NCBI GenBank assembly: GCA_001778905.1 | Contig: MFIQ01000026.1 | Location: 1-42,503, forward strand | Direction: 5' to 3' | DNA from: Candidatus Giovannonibacteria bacterium RIFCSPLOWO2_12_FULL_44_15 | GTDB taxonomy: Bacteria; Patescibacteriota; Minisyncoccia; JACPKW01; UBA11713 | Length of the DNA stretch: 42,503 nt | Shown: piece after piece, positions 9,033-16,875 of the stretch | Position numbering within the stretch: position 1 is the first letter of the stretch | Layout of the letters: each line of letters opens with the position of its first letter | Notes under the pieces: model-generated | The model's input: the letters and a program-made list of their open reading frames with translations, nothing else | What the model was told of the DNA's origin: nothing | Databases searched by the model: none | Translations under genes and position numbers: made by a program

Positions 9033-10337
9033 CTATCGCAGTTCAAAAAAATTCATGGCCCTCTTCTCCTGCTCTATACGAATCTTAGCGTAAAGCCTGG
9101 GATTTCGGAGTGCCAGAATCTGCAGGGCGTGCAGAACTGCATTTTGTGGTTCGAGAATCGTTGATGCCGGGACTTCGTTTGGAGTTCTCAATGAAGACCA
9201 AACATCATTTGGAAATTCCCTCCACCCATTCGGCAAACTTATTACTGGGACCGATGTATTCCCAGAGAGAGTCGGCCCCAGCCCGTTTGACCTACCGACA
9301 TACGCGATGACAACGGCATCTGGAACTTTCTGAACAACTTGCGCTAACTCTTGGTATGCATGAGCTGGTTTCCTATGCGCAGAACATGTAATCTCAACGA
9401 AATCGACCTCCCTTGCAAAGCCGACGTATTTGCCGAAAACCTCCTTGAGTAAGGAGAAGTCATCTTTGTCAGACCCTCTCCAGAAAATAATACGTTGGCG
9501 AGGAAGAGAGAAGAGTTCCGTAAGCCGTTGAACATGCCGATACTTCTCGGTAACTTCATTGAGGTCTTCGCCGTCCCGGTAGGCTTGCTTGTCAATATAT
9601 TGACCGTCCTCGACAACACGCCACGAATCGTTGTCGATAACGTCAGCGAGACGCAGTATTCCATTGTGATCTAGTCCGAACTCCACTTTATAATCTACGA
9701 GTTTCCTCCCGACAAGTTGCCAGGCTTTCTCGAGAATGAGATAAGCTTCGCGAGCTATTTCACCCATAGCCGTAAAAGTCTTAGGCTGATCACAAAGCGG
9801 GTACTTCTCGATATGCAATACATGTGATTGTGAATCCCAGGAAGGAATATCAGGACGCTGGAGATTGATGCCCCCAATAACAAATTCGATAAGCGGGTCG
9901 TCCTTTGGGAGAGTGTTCCCTTGCCAAACTCGGCCGCTAGTCTTCAGAAAGAATTCAAGAACAAGTTTTGGGAAAACGTGCCCCCTGCAGAGAAACGGGA
10001 AGCGCTTCGAATATGAACCGTGGGCCTCGCGTCGGATTACGACTTCGTAAGGAAGCATTTCGCAGTACTCCGCGCTAAACGTCTTCTCGTCCAACTGTTC
10101 CCGAAACGCAACCGACACCCCGCAACTTTTGAGCATCTTAAATATGTTGCAGGTTGTGGAAGTTGCAATCTGCTCCTTGCCTTGAATGATATCGTGCTTC
10201 GCGCCGTCTCCCGCAGTAATATCCGGCTTAGCCACCAAGACGGCGAGCGTATTATCGTCCGGAGACATTCTTACGATCTTTGTCTTGCCTTCGCAAATGA
10301 TCGGATAACTTTGGTAAGGTACTGAGGTTGTCGCCAT
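9033..10337 (-). CDS. Bifunctional SAICAR synthetase / AIR carboxylase-like protein (PurC-PurE fusion, PAICS-type architecture)
   Basis: Start moved to ATG 10337 ('MATTSV'), preceded by AGGAGGA. N-terminal half is PurC-like ('EGKTKIV', '[10 protein letters not shown]', 'LVDYKVEFG', '[11 protein letters not shown]'). C-terminal half is PurE-like ('SAHRKP', '[22 protein letters not shown]', 'DVWSSLRTP'). Confidence 0.8.
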   Translation of the reverse strand: [434 protein letters not shown]

Positions 10338-10392
10338 AAAAAATCCTCCTAGTTTGATTTTCAATTTCCCTCTATATTTACCATTTCTGGAA

Positions 10393-11700
10393 TCAATCTG
10401 TCAAAGATGAATTCAATATTTTCTTCGCAGCCTCACGCCCGCTTGCCAGAGCCCCTTCCACAGTTGAAGCTTCGCCTCCTCGGTCGAATGCCTCTCCAGC
10501 AAAGAAAATTCGATTATCGACTGGCTTTAATAACTCCTCTTGAGCCTTCTCCGACTCCGGCGTCCAGTACGAATACGCCCCTTTCGCATAGAGATCCGCT
10601 GGCCAGTTGGCAACTTTGGCGTGAACCAATTCTTTTTTGACGTATTCATTATCAACTTTAAAAATTTTCGCAAGCGATCCGATCCCCGCTTCAATAATCT
10701 CCTCGTCGGAACTGTGCAAAAACTCCTGCGATTTCGGTCCCGCAAGCCAGCCCGTCAGCACCGGAATTAAATCCGGATACTGCGTCCACCATGTGCGGAT
10801 TTCCTCATTCGAGAATATAAAATCCATCTCGCCGAAATCTTTCCCGAAAGCATTTATCCACCATCGGCTTTTGAATTTCAGAAGGATTTTAATTACACCT
10901 CCGTATCCAATTTTTCGCGCCGCTTCCAATTTTTCAGGGATAGCCGGGGTAAATTTAATATCGGCGAGTATCGGCAATGGAACCGTAACAATAACTTTCT
11001 CGGCTTCGTAATTATTGCCGTCGGCGGTGCGGACATTCGTCTTGCCATTATGTATTACGACTTCCCGGACAATTTTATTGAGTTCTATTTCCGTGCCATT
11101 TTTCCTGCATTCCGATTCGAGAAACTTAAGCATGGCCCCGTAGCCTTCTTTCAAGCGATACTGCAGCCAATCTTGGCCGCCCAGCCATTCATCCCGCAAG
11201 GAAAAAGTGCTCGCGCGCATAGGATCGGCCGCGTCATATCCCTCCACGATCCCAAAAATGGAATTTCGAAGGCTGATATATTTTTCGCCCGGAAAATATT
11301 TTTCTATAAATTCCGCAATCGGCATGTCGCCTTTCAATTCTCTCAATTTTCCGTGAAGCTCGTCTTGATTCGGAATGCGCTCGTTATTAATGGCAACATC
11401 GCCGCCGTATGAGTTCCACATATCGCCTTGCGTTTGAATGAGCGTCATCCCCGCTTCCTTCATCAAATATTTCGCAAGCCGCGCCTCACCGTGCACGTAT
11501 TCTGCTCCCGCCTGCGCGTCATATCCGAATTCGTCCTTGGACAAAGGCCAAATCCTCCCGCCAATTCTATCCCTCGCTTCTAATATAGTTACTTTCTTCC
11601 CGGCTTTCCCTAGTTCCCTTGCGGCCATGAGTCCAGCCGCGCCGGCACCAATGATTACGACATCCGCCTTAGATTCTTCCAGAATCGGATGGATATTCAT
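10393..11700 (-). CDS. FAD-dependent amine oxidase family oxidoreductase
   Basis: 'VVIIGAGAAGLMAARELGKAGKKVTILEARDRIGGRI' is the dinucleotide-binding motif of flavin amine oxidases. C-terminal 'FFAGEA...STVEGALASG'. Confidence 0.8.
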   Translation of the reverse strand: MNIHPILEESKADVVIIGAGAAGLMAARELGKAGKKVTILEARDRIGGRIWPLSKDEFGYDAQAGAEYVHGEARLAKYLMKEAGMTLIQTQGDMWNSYGGDVAINNERIPNQDELHGKLRELKGDMPIAEFIEKYFPGEKYISLRNSIFGIVEGYDAADPMRASTFSLRDEWLGGQDWLQYRLKEGYGAMLKFLESECRKNGTEIELNKIVREVVIHNGKTNVRTADGNNYEAEKVIVTVPLPILADIKFTPAIPEKLEAARKIGYGGVIKILLKFKSRWWINAFGKDFGEMDFIFSNEEIRTWWTQYPDLIPVLTGWLAGPKSQEFLHSSDEEIIEAGIGSLAKIFKVDNEYVKKELVHAKVANWPADLYAKGAYSYWTPESEKAQEELLKPVDNRIFFAGEAFDRGGEASTVEGALASGREAAKKILNSSLTD

Positions 11701-11722
11701 ATGTTAAATTTTAACATTTTAT

Positions 11723-13201
11723 TCACTTTTCCAGATCTAATATCTCATCGATGCGAATCTGCGAGACAAATTCAGGCACGTGAGATACGAGGATCATCGC
11801 GCCTTGATACGCGTCAAGCGCTTTGGCGATAACCGGAATATGGCGAAAATTAATGTGATTCGTTGGTTCGTCTAAAATAAGAAGTCCGGGTTTTTGAAGA
11901 ACCAGGCGAGCAAATGCCACGAGTCCCTTTTGCCCCTCCGAAAGATCTCCAATTCTCGTTTTCATCATTCTCGGTATTAAAAAACCTGCGCCGACACTCC
12001 TAAGGTTCTCTTCAACTTGTTTTTCCATAACCGCCATTAGCGAATCGTAAACCGTATCGTCAAAATTAAGCGTTGAAAAATCTTGGCGATAATATCCAAC
12101 TCGAACTCCGGTGGCAATCGTAATTCCTTTCGCAGTTCCCAGCGCTATAGATTCGAGAAGTGTGCTTTTGCCGATGCCGTTTGGGCCCTTCAAAAGGAGA
12201 TGCCGGTTTTTGCCCATTGAAATATCCGCTTTGAGGCTCACCATCTTGTGATTTTTCATCGCCGTGTATGCCGAGATGTGGAGCACCTCGCCGATAAGAT
12301 CGGGTTGATGGAAGATTGCAAACCTTCGTATTGTTTTATCTTCCTTGCGCACGTCTACTTGATTCTCTTCCATCACCTCAATTTTATCCCTCATTTTCTT
12401 GGCAACATTCCGCATCTTGCCGCCTTTATGCGCAAAAAAATTGGCTTTGTCCTTATTTTCTTGAATTTCTTTTGCAAGCTGTGCGTTCTTCTTATTTTCT
12501 TTTTCGATACGGGCGGCTATTTCGACTACGACATCTTTATAGTTGCCAACATATTGCTCAATTTTTTGCGTATGCAAATCGAGATAGAGCACGCCCTCGG
12601 TAAACGCGTTTAAGAAATTTGCATCATGAGAAATGACAATTACCGTTTTGTTATAGTTAGTGAGGAATTGAGTTAGGTGCTCGATCCCCGCCTTATCCAG
12701 GTTATTTGTTGGTTCGTCAAGCAGAAGTAAATCGGGATTCTGAATTAACGCAGAGGCTAAAAGAAGGCGCGCTTGCTGGCCACCGGAAAATGATTTCATA
12801 ATTCGTTCGTGCACTTTTTCGCCTGCCTTGCCGGCAGGCAGGTGCCCTTTTAAATTCACAACTTCGAGTACTTCATCGATTCTGGGATCAATGTTGTAGA
12901 CTTTCTCTGAAAAACATCTCTCGAAAAATTCACGTACGGTAAGCGAGAGTTCGTCGCGCGCGATAACCTGGCGGGAAAGCGCTGTTGAGAGGCCTTCTCC
13001 GACATTAACCTTCCCTGATTCAGGAGCAAGTTTTTTGATGATAAGTTGAAAAATCGTGCTTTTGCCCGCGCCGTTTTGACCCATCAAGGCAAATTTAGCG
13101 CCAAGCCGCAACGAAAAATTAACCTCGTCTAAAATGGGTTTATTATGTCCGTATTCAAATGACGCTCTCTCAAACGAGAGAATTGTTTCCGCTTTAGGCA
13201 T
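11723..13201 (-). CDS. ABC-F family ATPase (two ABC domains, no TM domain)
   Basis: Two Walker A motifs ('GQNGAGKST', 'GPNGIGKST'), two signatures ('FSGGQQARL', 'LSEGQKGLV') and a charged inter-domain linker. I prefer ATG 13201 ('MPKAE') over the track's TTG 13231. Confidence 0.85.
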   Translation of the reverse strand: MPKAETILSFERASFEYGHNKPILDEVNFSLRLGAKFALMGQNGAGKSTIFQLIIKKLAPESGKVNVGEGLSTALSRQVIARDELSLTVREFFERCFSEKVYNIDPRIDEVLEVVNLKGHLPAGKAGEKVHERIMKSFSGGQQARLLLASALIQNPDLLLLDEPTNNLDKAGIEHLTQFLTNYNKTVIVISHDANFLNAFTEGVLYLDLHTQKIEQYVGNYKDVVVEIAARIEKENKKNAQLAKEIQENKDKANFFAHKGGKMRNVAKKMRDKIEVMEENQVDVRKEDKTIRRFAIFHQPDLIGEVLHISAYTAMKNHKMVSLKADISMGKNRHLLLKGPNGIGKSTLLESIALGTAKGITIATGVRVGYYRQDFSTLNFDDTVYDSLMAVMEKQVEENLRSVGAGFLIPRMMKTRIGDLSEGQKGLVAFARLVLQKPGLLILDEPTNHINFRHIPVIAKALDAYQGAMILVSHVPEFVSQIRIDEILDLEK

Positions 13202-13391
13202 AGAAGCGTTACTATAGCATGATTTCGACAAAATTGCTCGTAGCGACTCTTATTTCTTAACCAACCCAGAAAAGCTAATCTTTTGATAATCATTCATGTC
13301 CTTAATGATCCTAGCTACGAATGATATCTTTTCAAAACCCGTCCGTTCCCAAGATCGTATACACTATACTGCCACCACTCCCAAATTTTTT

Positions 13392-13883
13392 TCATTTATA
13401 AATCGCAATAATCTGCCTGATAATCAATTCCTCGGGTTTAATCGTCTCCCCCCTGAAATCAAACCAGACTTTCAAAAAGTCTTCGCGCTCGAGCGTCCGC
13501 AGTTTTCCAATCTCCGGATCCTGCAGATATATGTTTACATCATCCAACCCCACAACAACGGAATAATGCCCGTCGGGGACGCCGAAATCGTCAACGCCCC
13601 TTGTAAACCAATTAACAACTATGGGGACTTCTTTATCAAGCCTACTTTGAATATCTTCAAAAGATGAGTTATTTTTTATCTCAACTTTGAATCCCAAAGA
13701 TTCCGCCGCTTTCTTTATGCCTTCTTCATCGGTTCCGAGTTTTGCATCCGTCCCGCAAAGTTCCGCCAATTCCTTTTCAGTTTTCGAAACTCCATAGAAA
13801 TCCAAAACCATTTTCAAAGACGCCAGCCCGCACATCCCGGTGTTTAATGTCTCCTGAAATGGTTTAACGTTTAAAATTTTCAT
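13392..13883 (-). CDS. C39-like cysteine peptidase domain protein
   Basis: 163 aa. 'TGMCGLASLKMVLDFYG' holds the candidate catalytic Cys and 'PDGHYSVVVGLD' the candidate His. Its start overlaps the upstream stop (ATGA). Confidence 0.6.
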   Translation of the reverse strand: MKILNVKPFQETLNTGMCGLASLKMVLDFYGVSKTEKELAELCGTDAKLGTDEEGIKKAAESLGFKVEIKNNSSFEDIQSRLDKEVPIVVNWFTRGVDDFGVPDGHYSVVVGLDDVNIYLQDPEIGKLRTLEREDFLKVWFDFRGETIKPEELIIRQIIAIYK

Positions 13884-14410
13884 ACTTCATATTCCCAATA
13901 CGGCTGCCATTTGAATGGGGTATTAAGTAATTCTTCAATTGTTTTTCCGTTCATTATGTCTAAGCCGTATTGAGTCGCACGATGACCAATAACAAGAATT
14001 GTTTTATTTGGATGCGCAATTTTCAGCCATTGATAAAAACCGAGAATGCGGTTGATGGCCTGCTCGTAGCTTTCGCCATTTGGAAAAGGCTCTTTTATAT
14101 GCTTTTTCTTTATTGGCTCAACTTTCTCTGACGGCCAACCGTTAAAACTTCCGTAATTTATTTCTCGAAGCCGGAAGTCAATAAGGATGGGGATTGAATC
14201 GCCGAATGCGATTTTCGCTGTGTCAACCGCGCGCCTTAAATTCGAACAGCAAATCAGATCAAGTTTGACATTCTTGAAAGTTTCTCCTAATTCTTTGGCT
14301 TGTTTTTTGCCTAATTCCGAAAGTTCGATATCTTTCCATCCCGAAGCCCTTTTTGCTTCGTTATCAGTTGTCGTCGCGTGCGCCGCGAAATAGATTTTCA
14401 CTGCCCCCAA
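13880..14410 (-). CDS. Histidine phosphatase (phosphoglycerate mutase-like) family protein
   Basis: 'IYFAAHATTTDNEAKRASGWKDIELSELGKKQAKELG', 'SNLRRAVDTA', 'RLREINYG' and 'VIGHRATQ' follow the His-phosphatase layout, but the RHG motif reads AHA. Confidence 0.65.
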   Translation of the reverse strand: MGAVKIYFAAHATTTDNEAKRASGWKDIELSELGKKQAKELGETFKNVKLDLICCSNLRRAVDTAKIAFGDSIPILIDFRLREINYGSFNGWPSEKVEPIKKKHIKEPFPNGESYEQAINRILGFYQWLKIAHPNKTILVIGHRATQYGLDIMNGKTIEELLNTPFKWQPYWEYEV

Positions 14411-14841
14411 TCTATTAATTCTGTAAATCGAATGTAAAAGCCATATGGGTCCGCTAAGCGAAAATCCCGCCAGATTGTTTTGTCATCTTTTTTCTCAATC
14501 AATTCTTGAATAATGCTTTCTTTTAAATTTTGCGCTACTTCCTTATATAACACATCTATATCCTGAACTGGAATCGTGATTTCCATTGCATATCCTCGTG
14601 TGGTATCGCGATCGAATTTCTTGAAATATGCCTGCTCATAAACCCTTTCGTCATCCCCGTAGAAATTTAAAATCGTATTTCCCAAAGGATCGCTTCTCCG
14701 CATAACAATATACCCCGGGTACTTCCCCTTTGGATCATTTGATATAACCTCGAATCCGAGTTTTGAATAAAAATCTTTCTCCGGCTGAAAATCCGGCACA
14801 TGGAACTCTATTATTAAATTATTTTGGATTGGAGATCTCAT
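14398..14841 (-). CDS. VOC (glyoxalase/bleomycin-resistance) superfamily protein
   Basis: 147 aa. 'EFHVPDFQPEKDFYSKLGFEV' and 'DFRLADPYGFYIRF' resemble the paired beta-alpha-beta-beta-beta VOC modules. Confidence 0.5.
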   Translation of the reverse strand: MRSPIQNNLIIEFHVPDFQPEKDFYSKLGFEVISNDPKGKYPGYIVMRRSDPLGNTILNFYGDDERVYEQAYFKKFDRDTTRGYAMEITIPVQDIDVLYKEVAQNLKESIIQELIEKKDDKTIWRDFRLADPYGFYIRFTELIDWGQ

Positions 14842-14853
14842 GAAATTAATGCT

Positions 14854-15063
14854 TTACAAATCATCCGGCGTAAGTCCTGTGTATTTTGCTATGCGCGCAA
14901 GCATGCGTGGACCGATTTCCTCACGATCGTGAAATGCAAATGTAACGTCTGGCCATCCACCTCGAGCAAGAATTCTATGCGATCCTCTCTGCCTTTTTAT
15001 GCGCCGACCAATGCGAAGAAGGGACTTGAGTACTTCGGAAGCTTTAGCGGCGCCCCACTCCAT
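14854..15063 (-). CDS. hicA: Type II toxin HicA family
   Basis: From ATG 15063: 'MEWGAAKASEVLKSLLRIGRRIKRQRGSHRILARGGWPDVTFAFHDREEIGPRMLARIAKYTGLTPDDL', with the typical HicA/YcfA 'GSHR' core. Confidence 0.75.
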   Translation of the reverse strand: MEWGAAKASEVLKSLLRIGRRIKRQRGSHRILARGGWPDVTFAFHDREEIGPRMLARIAKYTGLTPDDL

Positions 15064-15295
15064 ATCCAAAAAGTCGGGAAATTGGGGCAACGAGATTTCC
15101 GTGTTCAACTTGGTCCGCAAGCGTTCGCAACGCTACCGCGTAGACACGGCGGAGCGCTTCACGCTTTGTCGAGCCGTAAGCCATAACTCCAGGAAGCTGC
15201 GGAATTTCAGCAATCCAGCGATTATCTTTCTCGCGATCAAATTCAACTACAAGCGATGACAAAGAAATCTTATGCTGTTTATCGTTTTTTATCAT
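15044..15295 (-). CDS. hicB: Type II antitoxin HicB family (UPF0150-like)
   Basis: From ATG 15295: 'LVVEFDREKDNRWIAEIPQLPGVMAYGSTKREALRRVYAVAL' is the HicB N-terminal fold pattern. It overlaps hicA by 20 nt. Confidence 0.7.
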   Translation of the reverse strand: MIKNDKQHKISLSSLVVEFDREKDNRWIAEIPQLPGVMAYGSTKREALRRVYAVALRTLADQVEHGNLVAPISRLFGYGVGRR

Positions 15296-15396
15296 GTGGA
15301 TAGAATACCATAAATTGGCTCCTCTTTCAAAGACGCCGACTCGCACATCCCCGCCCCCAAAGTCTCCTGAAATGGTTTAACGTCTAAAATTTTCAT
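15292..15396 (-). pseudogene. Truncated 5' fragment (34 codons) of a second C39-like peptidase gene
   Basis: MKILDVKPFQETLGAGMCESASLK... matches MKILNVKPFQETLNTGMCGLASLK... of the intact gene. 15325-15396 versus 13812-13883 shows 61/72 identical nt by hand alignment. Similarity ends abruptly, and the fragment's stop overlaps the hicB ATG (ATGA). Confidence 0.7.
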
Positions 15397-15722
15397 TCAT
15401 TTGTATGATGCCCTTTGACTTTGTCGACCGGGAAGCGCAACTTATGCTTCTCGATTATTTTATCAAGCGCGTCGGATAAATCTACATCGCAGTAATTCGC
15501 GAGCGAGGCAAGTTCCCAAAGTATATCGCCGAAAAAATCTTCCACCTCGTCGTGATTTTTTGTGATCTTTTCTTTAACTTTTTTCTCGTCGTGCTCCCAT
15601 TTAATGATATTTCGAAACTCCCCTATCTCCTCAACCATGCCTAAAAGAAGCTCCTTAGGAGTATGGTATTTACGCTAGTCGCGTTCCTCTAAGAATTCTT
15701 CAACTATTTTTTGCTGTTTCAT
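15393..15722 (-). pseudogene. DCTPP1/MazG-like all-alpha NTP pyrophosphohydrolase interrupted by an in-frame TAG
   Basis: Minus strand from ATG 15722 reads MKQQKIVEEFLEERD-TAG(15677-15675)-RKYHTPKELLLGMVEEIGEF... and continues into track ORF 15393-15638. The stop sits where the family has Trp ('ERDW.QFH.P.NLLL'). Confidence 0.7.
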
Positions 15723-15818
15723 TTCTATCTTAAATTCTACCTTCAAAAAGCTCAAATTTCCAACTTGTAATTTAGCGTATGAAATGCTATATTTCTTACG
15801 AATTTCAAGGAGGGCTCT

Positions 15819-16202
15819 ATGTTAAACAAATCAGTGGAAATATTGATTGTTGATGATGAATTTCAAGTACGGCGCGCCATAGTTAGATTGCTGGAAGCCT
15901 CAGGCTATAAGAATGTGCGCGAGGCTGAAAGCGGAATGCAGGCGCTCGAAGAGCTAAGAGAAAAGATGGCAGACCTTATAATCTCGGACTTAAATATGCC
16001 TCCGGGAATGACCGGAATTGAGCTCCTTCGCAAAATCCGGACCGCCGACAACGATCTTAAAGATATCCCGTTCCTTCTCGTGACCGGGGACGATGATCCA
16101 GTGCGCCTCGAAGTCGCGCTCAAAGCGGGCGCTAACGGCTACATTTTAAAGCCGATCAGCGCTGAAGTGCTAGAGAAAAAAATCAACGAGATTTTCCCTT
16201 AA
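15819..16202 (+). CDS. Single-domain response regulator (CheY-like receiver)
   Basis: 'ILIVDDE', 'DLIISDLNMPPGMTGIELL', 'LVTGDDD' and 'GANGYILKP' are present. AAGGAGG SD lies upstream. Confidence 0.9.
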   Translation: MLNKSVEILIVDDEFQVRRAIVRLLEASGYKNVREAESGMQALEELREKMADLIISDLNMPPGMTGIELLRKIRTADNDLKDIPFLLVTGDDDPVRLEVALKAGANGYILKPISAEVLEKKINEIFP

Positions 16203-16235
16203 CCGTTCCAAGAAATAATGTATCTTGAACGCAAT

Positions 16236-16277
16236 AAATCCTCCGCCAGGTTAGCCTGACGGAGGATTTCCATTTTG
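16236..16277. terminator. Bidirectional hairpin terminator between convergent genes
   Basis: AAATCCTCCG (16236-16245) pairs with CGGAGGATTT (16260-16269). T-rich tails on both strands. Confidence 0.65.
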
Positions 16278-16316
16278 GAACTTTGCATGTCGGCATCACG
16301 GCGCCCGTTGCGTTTT

Positions 16317-16682
16317 TCAGCCAGAAGCTTGAATGTCGAGAGGTTTCAATTGAATCCTGCGGGAGAGATCCTTGATTGGCAGGTCAGTTATCTTTTCGCC
16401 TCTGATGCTGACGACGCAAAAAATGAAACTCTCTTCTTTGAGCTTGAGCACGCCGATAGCGGGGCCTTTTTTGAAACCGAACCTTTCGCGAAATTTTATG
16501 GGGGCAAGAATCCGAAACCTGTCCCCGACCGCGAGAGTGATTGCGATACCTCGTTTTGGGCACACAAGATACTTGCTCCCGTCGTCCCTCGCGCGAGTAG
16601 AAATCACGTCGCCGAACTTCGGCCTGCCTTGCGCGATAAATTCCTTAGCTGGTCTTGACTCTACTATACCCAGCTGTTTCAT
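16317..16682 (-). CDS. Hypothetical protein, possibly with an AbrB/MraZ-like swapped-hairpin segment
   Basis: 121 aa, with AAAGGGGTG SD 4-5 nt before the ATG. 'DRFRILAPIKFRERFGFKKGPAIGVLKLKEESFIF' resembles SpoVT-AbrB/MraZ repeats. A 127-aa ORF on the opposite strand competes, and AGG codons are frequent in this frame. Confidence 0.45.
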   Translation of the reverse strand: MKQLGIVESRPAKEFIAQGRPKFGDVISTRARDDGSKYLVCPKRGIAITLAVGDRFRILAPIKFRERFGFKKGPAIGVLKLKEESFIFCVVSIRGEKITDLPIKDLSRRIQLKPLDIQASG

Positions 16683-16801
16683 TTAACACCCCTTTCATAG
16701 CTACGCACGCCTAGTTTCAAAAAATCTAAACTCAAGAAAATATTAAACCATATGGAAATAAATATCAAATTCTAGTATTATTTAATTACGGTTTTTTAAA
16801 T

Positions 16802-16875
16802 TGCCGGGTCGTCTAATGGTAGGACATCGCCCTTTGGAGGCGAGTATCTTGGTTCGAGTCCAAGCCCGGCAGCCA
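16802..16875 (+). tRNA. tRNA-Gln (anticodon UUG), CCA encoded
   Basis: Hand-folded. Acceptor TGCCGGG/CCCGGCA with a U1:A72 pair. Anticodon arm TCGCC-CTTTGGA-GGCGA. T arm CTTGG-TTCGAGT-CCAAG. Discriminator G followed by CCA. Confidence 0.9.

Noticed and set aside
8787-9164. 125-aa plus-strand ORF spanning the obg/PAICS intergenic region.
   Set aside because: It has a TTG start and no SD. It runs through a terminator hairpin and into the 3' end of the PAICS-like gene on the opposite strand. The translation is low-complexity.
6620-12613. Multiple 90-134-aa antisense ORFs (6620-7024, 7402-7683, 10020-10325, 10637-11011, 11050-11412, 12248-12613 and others).
   Set aside because: Each is embedded opposite a gene with strong family signatures (CYTH-ICMT, SurA-like, PAICS-like, amine oxidase, ABC-F). 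None shows motifs or an SD.
15675-15677. TAG in the MazG-like gene as evidence of amber-codon reassignment.
   Set aside because: TAG terminates well-defined genes in the same window (3970-4254, 4983-6068, 20904-22730). A nonsense mutation or sequencing error is the simpler explanation.
16801-16875. The track's TTG start at 16801 for the 77-aa ORF.
   Set aside because: That start and the first 25 codons are the tRNA-Gln gene itself.
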